DNA of 9,593 nucleotides from Giardia intestinalis (Eukaryota): NCBI GenBank assembly GCA_000002435.2, contig AACB03000030.1; one strand, 5' to 3'. Shown piece by piece: positions 1 to 8,040 of this stretch (position 1 is its first letter; each line of letters starts with the position of its first letter). The notes under the pieces were generated by a model. It saw only the letters and a program-made list of their open reading frames with translations, ran no database searches and was not told where the DNA came from. The position numbers and the translations under genes were made by a program.

Positions 1-586
1 TCCTTCATAAATAAGGCCTCGTCAGCGCCCTCGCATCCTTCAAGCGTCTTCGCCACGCAGGTCGATGTCCCGTCGAGGGCCGTCCTGGGGGTCTTATTGG
101 TCCCGCAGTTAGTGCACTTCGGCTTCCCCGTGGCCTTGTCGAAGGAGCATGCCGTGCACTCTGCGTGTATCGTACTACATGCCTTGCATGTTCCCGACTC
201 CGGGTCAGCATAAGTGTTTCCATCGCATCCAGTATCTTGTACACATTGATTACTCTTCAGGTACTTCCCCTCTGGGCACGATGTACAATGATTCTGACCA
301 CTTCCATCGCAGGTCAGACAGGACTGATCACACTTCTCACATGTCTGAGCGTTCTTATAGTATCCATCTCTGCAGGTATCACACGTGGCCGCTCCTGGAC
401 TACCACTTGGTGCCGTACATGTGGCGCAGTTAGCCACCCCTGTATATCCATCTGCCCCATTGACATCATGACAGAGGATGCACTCGCTACCCTTCTCTGG
501 TGTTGCAGCCGGGTTCTGAACAGGCCGTTATCTGCCTTACAAGCAGTGCACAGTCCTCCCTCAGCCTTTGTGCATATCTCACTCCA
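1..586 (-). pseudogene. VSP-like cassette 0 (5' part only; the rest runs off the left edge of the window). Cys-rich, start-less, frameshifted.
   Basis: 1-517 is identical to 1913-2429, the N-terminal third of cassette 1 (..CTNCGTNKTPRTALDGTSTCV..GECILCHD..). The frame opens at Trp codon 584-586, directly after TAG (587-589 on minus). There is no ATG. A 1-bp deletion at about 518 (ttcagaac versus ttcaagaac) shifts the frame relative to cassette 1. Confidence 0.7.
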
Positions 587-637
587 CTATCATACTATCA
601 CCCTCTATCACACATTGTACAGCATTCACTACCTAAG
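587..637 (-). terminator. 51-bp inter-cassette spacer and 3'UTR. Poly(A) signal AGTGAAT (plus-strand attcact, 624-630). Three TGATAG motifs give stops in all three frames.
   Basis: Coding-strand sequence is TGA-CTTAGGT-AGTGAAT-GCTGTACAATGTGTGATAGAGGGTGATAGTATGATAG-TGG. AGTRAAY is the Giardia polyadenylation consensus. The same element recurs at every junction. Confidence 0.7.
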
Positions 638-2499
638 TCACGCCTTCCCCTGCACACGAACCACCAACACAAGAAGCCCACGAGGCCCCCCACGACAGCG
701 ATGACAGCCACGGAGATCCCTGCTATGGCACCAGTACTGAGGCCGCTCTTGTTGCCCCCGCTGGGCTTGGTGGACACGCACGCCTCACCCTCCAGCCTGT
801 AGTCGTCCCCGCACTGGCCGCACTTGTTCTCCTCGCTGCACCTGACGCACCCGTCGATATTGCAGGCGATGCACTTCGTTCCGTCTGTGTTCGGCCTCTG
901 GTCTTTACTGGTACAGGCCTCGCACTTATCGCCTGCTCCACAGTGCGAGCATCCGTCAACGGTACATGCGAAGCACCCGCTCCCAGCCAGGTTGGGCTTG
1001 TTGTTGTTGGTACACGCTGTACACACAGCAGCAGTCATACCAGTCTCAGATGGAGCTGCTGGGGCCGTACATGCCGAACAGCCATCTACCCCCACATATG
1101 CCTTAGAGGTATCACCAGTGCCTACTAGTGTGCCAAGGGAGTTGCTACATGCCAATACAGACTGATTCTGATTGGTTGCCCCAGGGACTATGAAGTACCT
1201 ATTGTTGGCATTAACAGCGGTACAGACACCGTTGGCTGCTGTCTTGCACATATGTTGTCCAGGTACTGTATCAACCTTGTAACAACCTCCCATATACAAG
1301 AAGTAGTTGTTAGTGCATTGTGTACATACACCTTGATCACATTGATTATTTGCTTTAGCACTATTACACTTCCCATCTATAGGATACGTATTAGCTTCTC
1401 CACAGTATGAGCAATAATGATGCTCTACACCCTTATCATCAATCACTATTGCATCGCAGGCACCAGAAGTTCCTCCACAGGCAGTATCATCTTCACAGAT
1501 CTTGGTGCATGTGACAGAGCCAGTACTGCCCTCCTTGCGATAGTTAGGCTTACAGTCAGTGCACTTGAAAGCACCGTTGTTAGAGCAGACACTGCAGCCT
1601 TCGCGACCCTTATCGTCTACGCTATCGCATGGGACGCACTTCTTCCCCTGTTGATCTGTAGTAGTTACTAAGAAGTATCCAGTCTTGCAGGTTTCACACT
1701 TATTTGGATCACCAGCAACAGAGCATGTGGCACAGTTATCACCACACTTGTCTGTACATGTACTAGTACCACTATCAAAGAAGTATCCATCGAGACAGGC
1801 TGAGCAGGTTGGATTGTCACTTCCTGTTTTCGTACATGTCTTGCAGTTGGCCTTTCCTTCGTTACCAAGAGTTGAATCTGTCACATCACTACAAAGAGCA
1901 CACGTTTTGTCCTCCTTCATAAATAAGGCCTCGTCAGCGCCCTCGCATCCTTCAAGCGTCTTCGCCACGCAGGTCGATGTCCCGTCGAGGGCCGTCCTGG
2001 GGGTCTTATTGGTCCCGCAGTTAGTGCACTTCGGCTTCCCCGTGGCCTTGTCGAAGGAGCATGCCGTGCACTCTGCGTGTATCGTACTACATGCCTTGCA
2101 TGTTCCCGACTCCGGGTCAGCATAAGTGTTTCCATCGCATCCAGTATCTTGTACACATTGATTACTCTTCAGGTACTTCCCCTCTGGGCACGATGTACAA
2201 TGATTCTGACCACTTCCATCGCAGGTCAGACAGGACTGATCACACTTCTCACATGTCTGAGCGTTCTTATAGTATCCATCTCTGCAGGTATCACACGTGG
2301 CCGCTCCTGGACTACCACTTGGTGCCGTACATGTGGCGCAGTTAGCCACCCCTGTATATCCATCTGCCCCATTGACATCATGACAGAGGATGCACTCGCT
2401 ACCCTTCTCTGGTGTTGCAGCCGGGTTCTTGAACAGGCCGTTATCTGCCTTACAAGCAGTGCACAGTCCTCCCTCAGCCTTTGTGCATATCTCACTCCA
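598..2499 (-). pseudogene. VSP-like cassette 1. Full-length Cys-rich ectodomain and TM, but no start codon or signal peptide. The CRGKA tail is destroyed by a 1-bp deletion.
   Basis: ORF 598..2349 in the track begins at a GTG. The frame is actually open up to Trp codon 2497-2499, preceded by TAG 2500-2502. Translation gives WSEICTKAEGGLCTACKADNGLFKNPAATPEKGSECILCHD.., many CXXC motifs, FLYMGGCY, CTKICEDDTACGGTSGACDA, then [34 protein letters not shown] followed by [15 protein letters not shown] instead of KA*. The expected stop is at 638-640. There is a cccc versus ccccc difference at about 647-651 relative to 2560-2564. No in-frame ATG with a hydrophobic leader. Confidence 0.75.
1082..2124. 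repeat. 1042-bp identity block shared with cassette 4 at 6571-7613. One mismatch at its 5' edge, otherwise identical.
   Basis: Track ORFs 1188..1376, 1417..1671 and 1668..1868 have identical translations to 6677..6865, 6906..7160 and 7157..7357, at a constant offset of 5489. The flanks at 2125 onward versus 7614 onward, and below 1082 versus below 6571, are clearly divergent. Confidence 0.85.
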
Positions 2500-2668
2500 C
2501 TATCATACTATCACCCTCTATCACACATTGTACAGCATTCACTACCCAAGTCACGCCTTCCCCCTGCACACGAACCACCAGCAGAGGAAGCCCACGAGGC
2601 CCCCCACGACAGCGATGACAGCGACGGAGATCCCTGCTATGGCACCAGTACTGAGGCCGCTCTTGTTG
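1913..2668. repeat. Direct repeat, copy B of 1-754
   Basis: See copy A. The offset is 1912-1914 bp, about one cassette period. Confidence 0.85.
2500..2550 (-). terminator. 51-bp spacer and 3'UTR with poly(A) signal AGTGAAT (plus attcact, 2537-2543)
   Basis: Identical architecture to 587-637. The spacer is 17 codons, so the next cassette's Trp codon is in frame with the upstream stop. It is separated from that stop by seven in-frame stop codons. Confidence 0.7.
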
Positions 2669-4366
2669 GTGCCAGAGGACGCACAGGAGGTCCCACTGCT
2701 GTCAGGGCTGTATCCATCGTTGCACACACAGACAGAGTCGGTGTCAGTGGAGTTGCTGGGGCAGCTATCCACGCATGACTTCCTTCCAGGGCTCACCTTC
2801 TTACCACTACTGCATGCCTCGCACATGTTGTCCATATCACAGTGCGAGCATCCACTAACGGTACATGGGAAGCACCCGCTCCCAGCCAGGTTGGGCTTGT
2901 TGTTGTTGGTACACGCTGTGCACGTGGCGGCAGTCATGCCACCATCAGATGGAGCTGCTGGGGCTGTACACTGTGAACAGTTGATACCCCCACGTATGCC
3001 TTAGCAGTATCACCAGTGCCTACTAGTGTGCCTAGGGGGTTCTCGCAGGCCAGGACAGACTGATCAGTATTGGATGCCCCCGGGACCAGGAAGTACCGGC
3101 CGTTCTCGCTGGGGGCGGTGCACCTCCCTCCCTCGGCAGTCTTGCACATGTGGCTGCCAGGAGCCTTCGACACATCATAGCAGCCGCCCATGTACAGGAA
3201 GAACCCGGCAGCACACCGGGTGCAGACGCCATTGGCACAGGTGTTGTCACCCTTAGTTCCTGTGCAGATCCCATCGATGGGGAACGTGGCGGGGTCTCCG
3301 CACAGCGAGCAGTACTGGGAGAACGCCCCGGCGCTGTCAACGACGACCGCCCCGCAGGCCCCAGACGTCCCCCCGCAGGCCGTGGGGTCCTCGCAGGCCT
3401 TTGTGCACTTCACCGGATTGGTTCCCTCCTTGCGATAGTTGGACTTGCAATCGGTGCATGTAGGGGTTAGGCCGCTGTTACATTGGGAGCACCCCTCGAT
3501 GCCATTGTCGGCTTTACTGTCGCAGGCGAAGCACTTACCAGCAGAGCCGGGTTGTTTCATGAAGAATCCAGGCTTGCATTTAGTGCACTGATCATTGCCA
3601 GCAGCAGAGCATGTAGCACAGTTGGCACCGCAAGCTGTGCATGTATCAGAACCAAAGTATCCGTCGAGGCAAGCTGAGCAGGTCGGCTTGGCTCCGTTCT
3701 TCTTACACGTTTTACAATTAGCAATCCCCTTGTCGTTTGCTTCTGTTCCTGTTGTTGTATCACTGCATAATATGCACTTGGTGCTATCATCACTCAGAAA
3801 GTGGGATCCGTCGACGTTATCTGTTGCGCACCCAGCATCATCGACGCAAGTGGTTGTCCCATCCAGCTCTGTCTTCACCTTCTTATTGTTACAGGCGGTG
3901 CACTGGGGCTTGCTGACAGTCGTGTTGTACTCACACGCGGTGCAATCTGCTATACCAGACTCCTTGCATGTCATTGTCATAGGGTCAGCATAAGTGTTTC
4001 CAGTGCATCCATCACTATTCACGCATGCATTATCCTTCAGGAACGTATTTCCCTTACAAGAGGTACACTGGGTCGCCGATGTCTCACAGGTCAGACAAGT
4101 ACCATCACATTTGGTACATGCCTGAGAGTCCATGTAGTACCCATCTTGACACTCGGTGCACGTGGCCGCTCCTGTATTGCCACCAGGTGCCGTGCACTTG
4201 AGACAGTTGGCCACTCCCTTGTTCTCATTCGCTCCTGTGGCATCATGACAGAGGATGCACTCCCCACCAGGGGTCACCTTGTCTGCCCCATTCTGGAATA
4301 TGTACTTGTTATCTGCTTACAAGCAGTGCACAGTCCTCCCTCAGCCTTTGTGCATATCTCACTCCA
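2551..4366 (-). pseudogene. VSP-like cassette 2. Start-less, with at least two frameshifts. It keeps an intact TM and CRGKA.
   Basis: Track ORFs 2934..4277 and 2551..2937 overlap in different frames. One 1-bp deletion is near 4320 (aagcagataac versus aaggcagataac or aagacagataac in sister cassettes). A second is near 2960-2975 (ttgataccccc versus ccatccaccccc). The frame opens at Trp 4364-4366 after TAG 4367-4369. It ends ..[16 protein letters not shown] at 2551. Confidence 0.75.
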
Positions 4367-4417
4367 CTATCATACTATCACCCTCTATCACACATTGTAC
4401 AGCATTCACTACCCAAG
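4367..4417 (-). terminator. 51-bp spacer and 3'UTR with poly(A) signal AGTGAAT (plus attcact, 4404-4410)
   Basis: Same conserved junction sequence as the other spacers. Confidence 0.7.
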
Positions 4418-6180
4418 TCACGCCTTCCCCCTGCACACGAACCACCAGCAGAGGAAGCCCACGAGGCCCCCCACGACGACGACCACAGCGACGGAGATCC
4501 CCGCGATGGCCCCCGTGGAGAGCCCGCTCCTGTTGGTACTCATAGACACACAGGAGGTCCCACTGCTGTCTAGACTGTATCCATCAACACACTCCCCACA
4601 CACATCATCCACCACACAGCTCTTGCAATCACCCACAGAGCATGTCACACACCCACTACCACCCTTGTTGGGCTTCTTACCACTGTCACAGGCAGTACAC
4701 ACAGCGGCAGCCATACCAACTGTTGTTAGAGCTGCTGGGGCTGTACACTGGGAGCAGCCATGTACCCCCACATATGCCTTAGCGGTACCTTGAGGATCTA
4801 CTAGTGTGCCTAGGGGGTTACTACATGCCAACACGGACTGCTGAGCATTGGATGCCCCTGGTACCAGGAAGTACTTATTATTCTCATTAACAGCGGTACA
4901 GACACCGTTGGCTGCTGTCTTGCACATATGTTGTCCAGGTGGACTCTGAGTGCTATAACAACCACCCATATATAAGAAATATCCTGTAGTACAAGACTCA
5001 CAGACATGGTTGTTACAAGTATTACTTTGAGCCTCACTAGCACAGAGACCATCTATAGGATACTTACTGCTATCCCCACAGTATGAACAGTAGTGCTTTG
5101 TGGTGCCCTGATCATCTATTATCATGGCATCACAAGCACCAGAGGTACCCCCACAGGCAGTATCATCTTCACATACCTTTGTACATGTAACAGGACTGGT
5201 ACCACTCTGCTTGCGATAGTTCACCTTACAGTCAGTACACTTGAAAGTACTGGCCTCCATTGTGCATTGGGAGCACCCCTCGATGCCCCCATTGTTTGTG
5301 TCATCGCAGGCGAAGCATTCTCCAGGAGTGCTACTGACCTTCAGGAAGAACCCGGTCTTGCAGGTTTGGCATTTGGTCTTGTCAGCTTTTTCAGAACATG
5401 TGGCACAGTTAGCACCACAGGCCTCACACGTGGCGGCAGGGCCATTTCCTTCTTTGATATACCCTTCGAGGCATTCTATGCATTCTGGTTTCTGACTTTG
5501 CTGCTTAGTACATGTCTTGCAGCCGGCAATGCCTTTGTTCTTTGGTTCTGAATCCGACGCTGCGGGATCACTGCACAAACGACACACGTTGTCTTCGGTC
5601 ATAAAGAGACCGTTATCAGCTCCTTGACACCCGGCGTAGTCTTTTGTCACACAGGTCGAGGTCCCATCAAGGGTCGTCCTGGGGGTCTTATTGGTCCCGC
5701 AGTTGTGCACCTTGGCTTCCCCGTGGCATCATTATATTCACATGCGGTGCACCCAGCTATGTCGGGATCACATGCCTTGCAGGTCCAGGTCTTCTTGTCT
5801 GCGTACTTATCAGCACCACATTCAGTAGCCTCTACACAAGTGTTACCATCCTTCAGGAACTTCCCCTCAACGCAGGCGGTACACTGAGTCGGAGTATCAG
5901 CTGAGCAAGCAGAGCAGCCGTCTCCGCACTTCACACATGCACTGTCCTTCGTAACGAACCCTGCTTGACACTCTGTACACGTGGCCGGTCCGCTAGTGCC
6001 CGTGTGGGAGCATTCTGAGCATCCAGCGACTCCCATGACCCCGTTTCTATCTGTCGTATCAGAGCACAGTATGCACTCACTACCCTTCTCTGGTGTTGCA
6101 GCCGGGTTCTTGAACAGGCCGTTATCTGCCTTACAAGCAGTGCACAGTCCTCCCTCAGCCTTTGTGCATATCTCACTCCA
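4418..6180 (-). pseudogene. VSP-like cassette 3. Start-less, one frameshift, intact TM and CRGKA.
   Basis: Track ORFs 5647..6036 and 4418..5710 overlap. A 1-bp deletion near 5705 (cacaactgcggg versus cactaactgcggg in cassettes 1 and 4) turns ..GKPKCTNCGTNKTPRT.. into GKPRCTTAGPIRP. The frame opens at Trp 6178-6180 after TAG 6181-6183 and begins WSEICTKAEGGLCTACKADNGLFKNPAATPEKGSECILCSD. The internal ATG at 6034-6036 has no signal peptide. Confidence 0.75.
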
Positions 6181-6231
6181 CTATCATACTATCACCCTCT
6201 ATCACACATTGTACAGCATTCACTACCCAAG
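6181..6231 (-). terminator. 51-bp spacer and 3'UTR with poly(A) signal AGTGAAT (plus attcact, 6218-6224)
   Basis: Same conserved junction sequence as the other spacers. Confidence 0.7.
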
Positions 6232-7979
6232 TCACGCCTTCCCTCTACATATGAACCACCAGCAGAGGAAGCCCACGAGGCCCCCCACGACAGCGATGAC
6301 AGCGACGGAGATCCCCGCGATGGCCCCCGTGGAGAGCCCGCTCCTGTTGGTACTCATAGACACACAGGAGGTCCCACTGCTGTCTAGACTGTACCCATCA
6401 ACACACTCCCCACACACATCATCCACCACACAGCTCTTGCAGTCACTCACAGAGCACAGCACACACCCACTACCATCCCTGTTGGGCTTCTTACTACTGT
6501 CACAAGAGGTACACACAGCGACAGTCATACCAGCCCAGTCAGAGCTGCTGGGGCTGTACACTGCGAACAGCCATCCACCCCCACATATGCCTTAGAGGTA
6601 TCACCAGTGCCTACTAGTGTGCCAAGGGAGTTGCTACATGCCAATACAGACTGATTCTGATTGGTTGCCCCAGGGACTATGAAGTACCTATTGTTGGCAT
6701 TAACAGCGGTACAGACACCGTTGGCTGCTGTCTTGCACATATGTTGTCCAGGTACTGTATCAACCTTGTAACAACCTCCCATATACAAGAAGTAGTTGTT
6801 AGTGCATTGTGTACATACACCTTGATCACATTGATTATTTGCTTTAGCACTATTACACTTCCCATCTATAGGATACGTATTAGCTTCTCCACAGTATGAG
6901 CAATAATGATGCTCTACACCCTTATCATCAATCACTATTGCATCGCAGGCACCAGAAGTTCCTCCACAGGCAGTATCATCTTCACAGATCTTGGTGCATG
7001 TGACAGAGCCAGTACTGCCCTCCTTGCGATAGTTAGGCTTACAGTCAGTGCACTTGAAAGCACCGTTGTTAGAGCAGACACTGCAGCCTTCGCGACCCTT
7101 ATCGTCTACGCTATCGCATGGGACGCACTTCTTCCCCTGTTGATCTGTAGTAGTTACTAAGAAGTATCCAGTCTTGCAGGTTTCACACTTATTTGGATCA
7201 CCAGCAACAGAGCATGTGGCACAGTTATCACCACACTTGTCTGTACATGTACTAGTACCACTATCAAAGAAGTATCCATCGAGACAGGCTGAGCAGGTTG
7301 GATTGTCACTTCCTGTTTTCGTACATGTCTTGCAGTTGGCCTTTCCTTCGTTACCAAGAGTTGAATCTGTCACATCACTACAAAGAGCACACGTTTTGTC
7401 CTCCTTCATAAATAAGGCCTCGTCAGCGCCCTCGCATCCTTCAAGCGTCTTCGCCACGCAGGTCGATGTCCCGTCGAGGGCCGTCCTGGGGGTCTTATTG
7501 GTCCCGCAGTTAGTGCACTTCGGCTTCCCCGTGGCCTTGTCGAAGGAGCATGCCGTGCACTCTGCGTGTATCGTACTACATGCCTTGCATGTTCCCGACT
7601 CCGGGTCAGCATACTTATCATTACCACAGCTATCAGTACATTGATTCCCATTGAGGTACTTCCCCTCTGGACACGATGTGCACTGGGTCGCCGATGTCTC
7701 ACAGGTGGCACAGTTCCCCTCGCATGGCTTACAAAGCTTGTTGTTTAGGAAGTACCCCTCTTGACAGGTATTACACGTGGCAGGTCCTGCATTCCCTGGT
7801 GCCGTACACTTGAGACAGTTGGCCACTCCCGTATATCCATTCGCTCCCTTGATATCAGAGCACAAGATGCACTCCCCACCAGGAGTCACCTTGTCTGCCC
7901 TGTTCTGGAATATGTACTTGTTATCTGTCTTACAAGCAGTGCACAGTCCATTACTGGCCTTTGTACATATCACACTCCA
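6232..7979 (-). pseudogene. VSP-like cassette 4. Start-less, one frameshift near the C-terminal third, intact TM and CRGKA.
   Basis: Track ORFs 6525..7973 (GTG 'start') and 6232..6561 overlap. There is a 1-bp deletion at about 6536-6546 relative to cassette 3 (gctctgactgggctgg versus gctctaacaacagttgg). The frame opens at Trp 7977-7979 after TAG 7980-7982 and begins WSVICTKASNGLCTACKTDNKYIFQNRADKVTPGGECILCSD. It ends ..[10 protein letters not shown]. Confidence 0.75.
6571..7613. repeat. Copy of identity block 1082-2124, embedded in the otherwise different cassette 4
   Basis: See 1082-2124. Confidence 0.85.
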
Positions 7980-8040
7980 CTATCACACTATCACCCACTA
8001 TCACCTTCTATCACCCATTGTACAGCATTCACTACCCAAG
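7980..8040 (-). terminator. 61-bp variant spacer and 3'UTR. It has one extra 10-bp TATCACCNNC repeat. Poly(A) signal AGTGAAT (plus attcact, 8027-8033).
   Basis: The sequence ctatcacactatcacccactatcaccttctatcacccattgtacagcattcactacccaag holds three tatcaccNNc decamers, against two in the 51-bp version. Confidence 0.65.

Larger units (their letters stand above)
1..754. repeat. Direct repeat, copy A. Copy B is 1913-2668, near-identical. It spans cassette 5' part, spacer and the next cassette's 3' end.
   Basis: 1-517 is identical to 1913-2429. It then continues with two 1-bp indels (about 518 and about 650) and a few substitutions until 754 and 2668, after which the sequences diverge. Confidence 0.85.

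Noticed and set aside
5-244. Minus-strand Arg/Pro-rich ORFs 5..244, 1917..2156 and 7406..7711 (MYKILDAMETLMLTRSREHARHVV..) and the internal minus ORFs 723..959, 2226..2495, 5931..6176, 3032..3340
   Set aside because: They are alternative reading frames of the same VSP cassettes. They are basic and low-complexity, with no start context, and are repeated only because the DNA is repeated.
2347-2349. ORF-track 'M' starts at 2349, 4277 and 7973, suggesting discrete genes of 583, 447 and 482 aa
   Set aside because: These codons are GTG, an alternative bacterial start used by the ORF finder. The organism is a eukaryote. The frames stay open upstream to a Trp codon next to a TAG, with no ATG. The true units are 598-2499, 2551-4366 and 6232-7979.
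2500-2553. GTATGA in the spacer (coding strand GATAGTATGATAG) resembles the Giardia 5' splice-site consensus GTATGT. This raised the idea that a signal-peptide exon might be cis- or trans-spliced onto the cassettes.
   Set aside because: No Giardia branch-point and 3' splice-site motif (CTRAC..CACAG) lies next to the cassette start. The Trp codon sits directly after a TAG. The poly(A) signal lies upstream of it on the transcript. There is no sequence support for splicing.
3801-4793. Long plus-strand ORFs (3801..4793, 330 aa; 7777..8649, 290 aa; 165..704; 2077..2778; 2390..3004; 5981..6595 and others)
   Set aside because: These are antisense to the Cys-codon-rich VSP cassettes. Their translations are low-complexity Ala/Thr/His/Leu/Pro-rich strings with no motifs. 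They duplicate exactly where the underlying DNA repeats. Stop-poor antisense frames are expected for TGY-rich coding sequence. Antisense VSP transcripts are implicated in Giardia silencing, so antisense reads would be worth checking in RNA-seq, but these ORFs are not called as genes.
6034-6036. In-frame ATG inside cassette 3 (MGVAGCSEC...) as a possible internal start
   Set aside because: It is not followed by a hydrophobic signal peptide. The frame is open for another 144 nt upstream. A 1-bp frameshift lies about 330 nt downstream. There is no AT-rich Giardia initiator context.
587-8040. Regularly spaced short spacers between repeats, superficially CRISPR-like
   Set aside because: The repeats are ~1.8-kb protein-coding cassettes of a eukaryotic surface-antigen family. 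The 51-bp elements are the conserved part, not variable spacers. It is not a CRISPR array.
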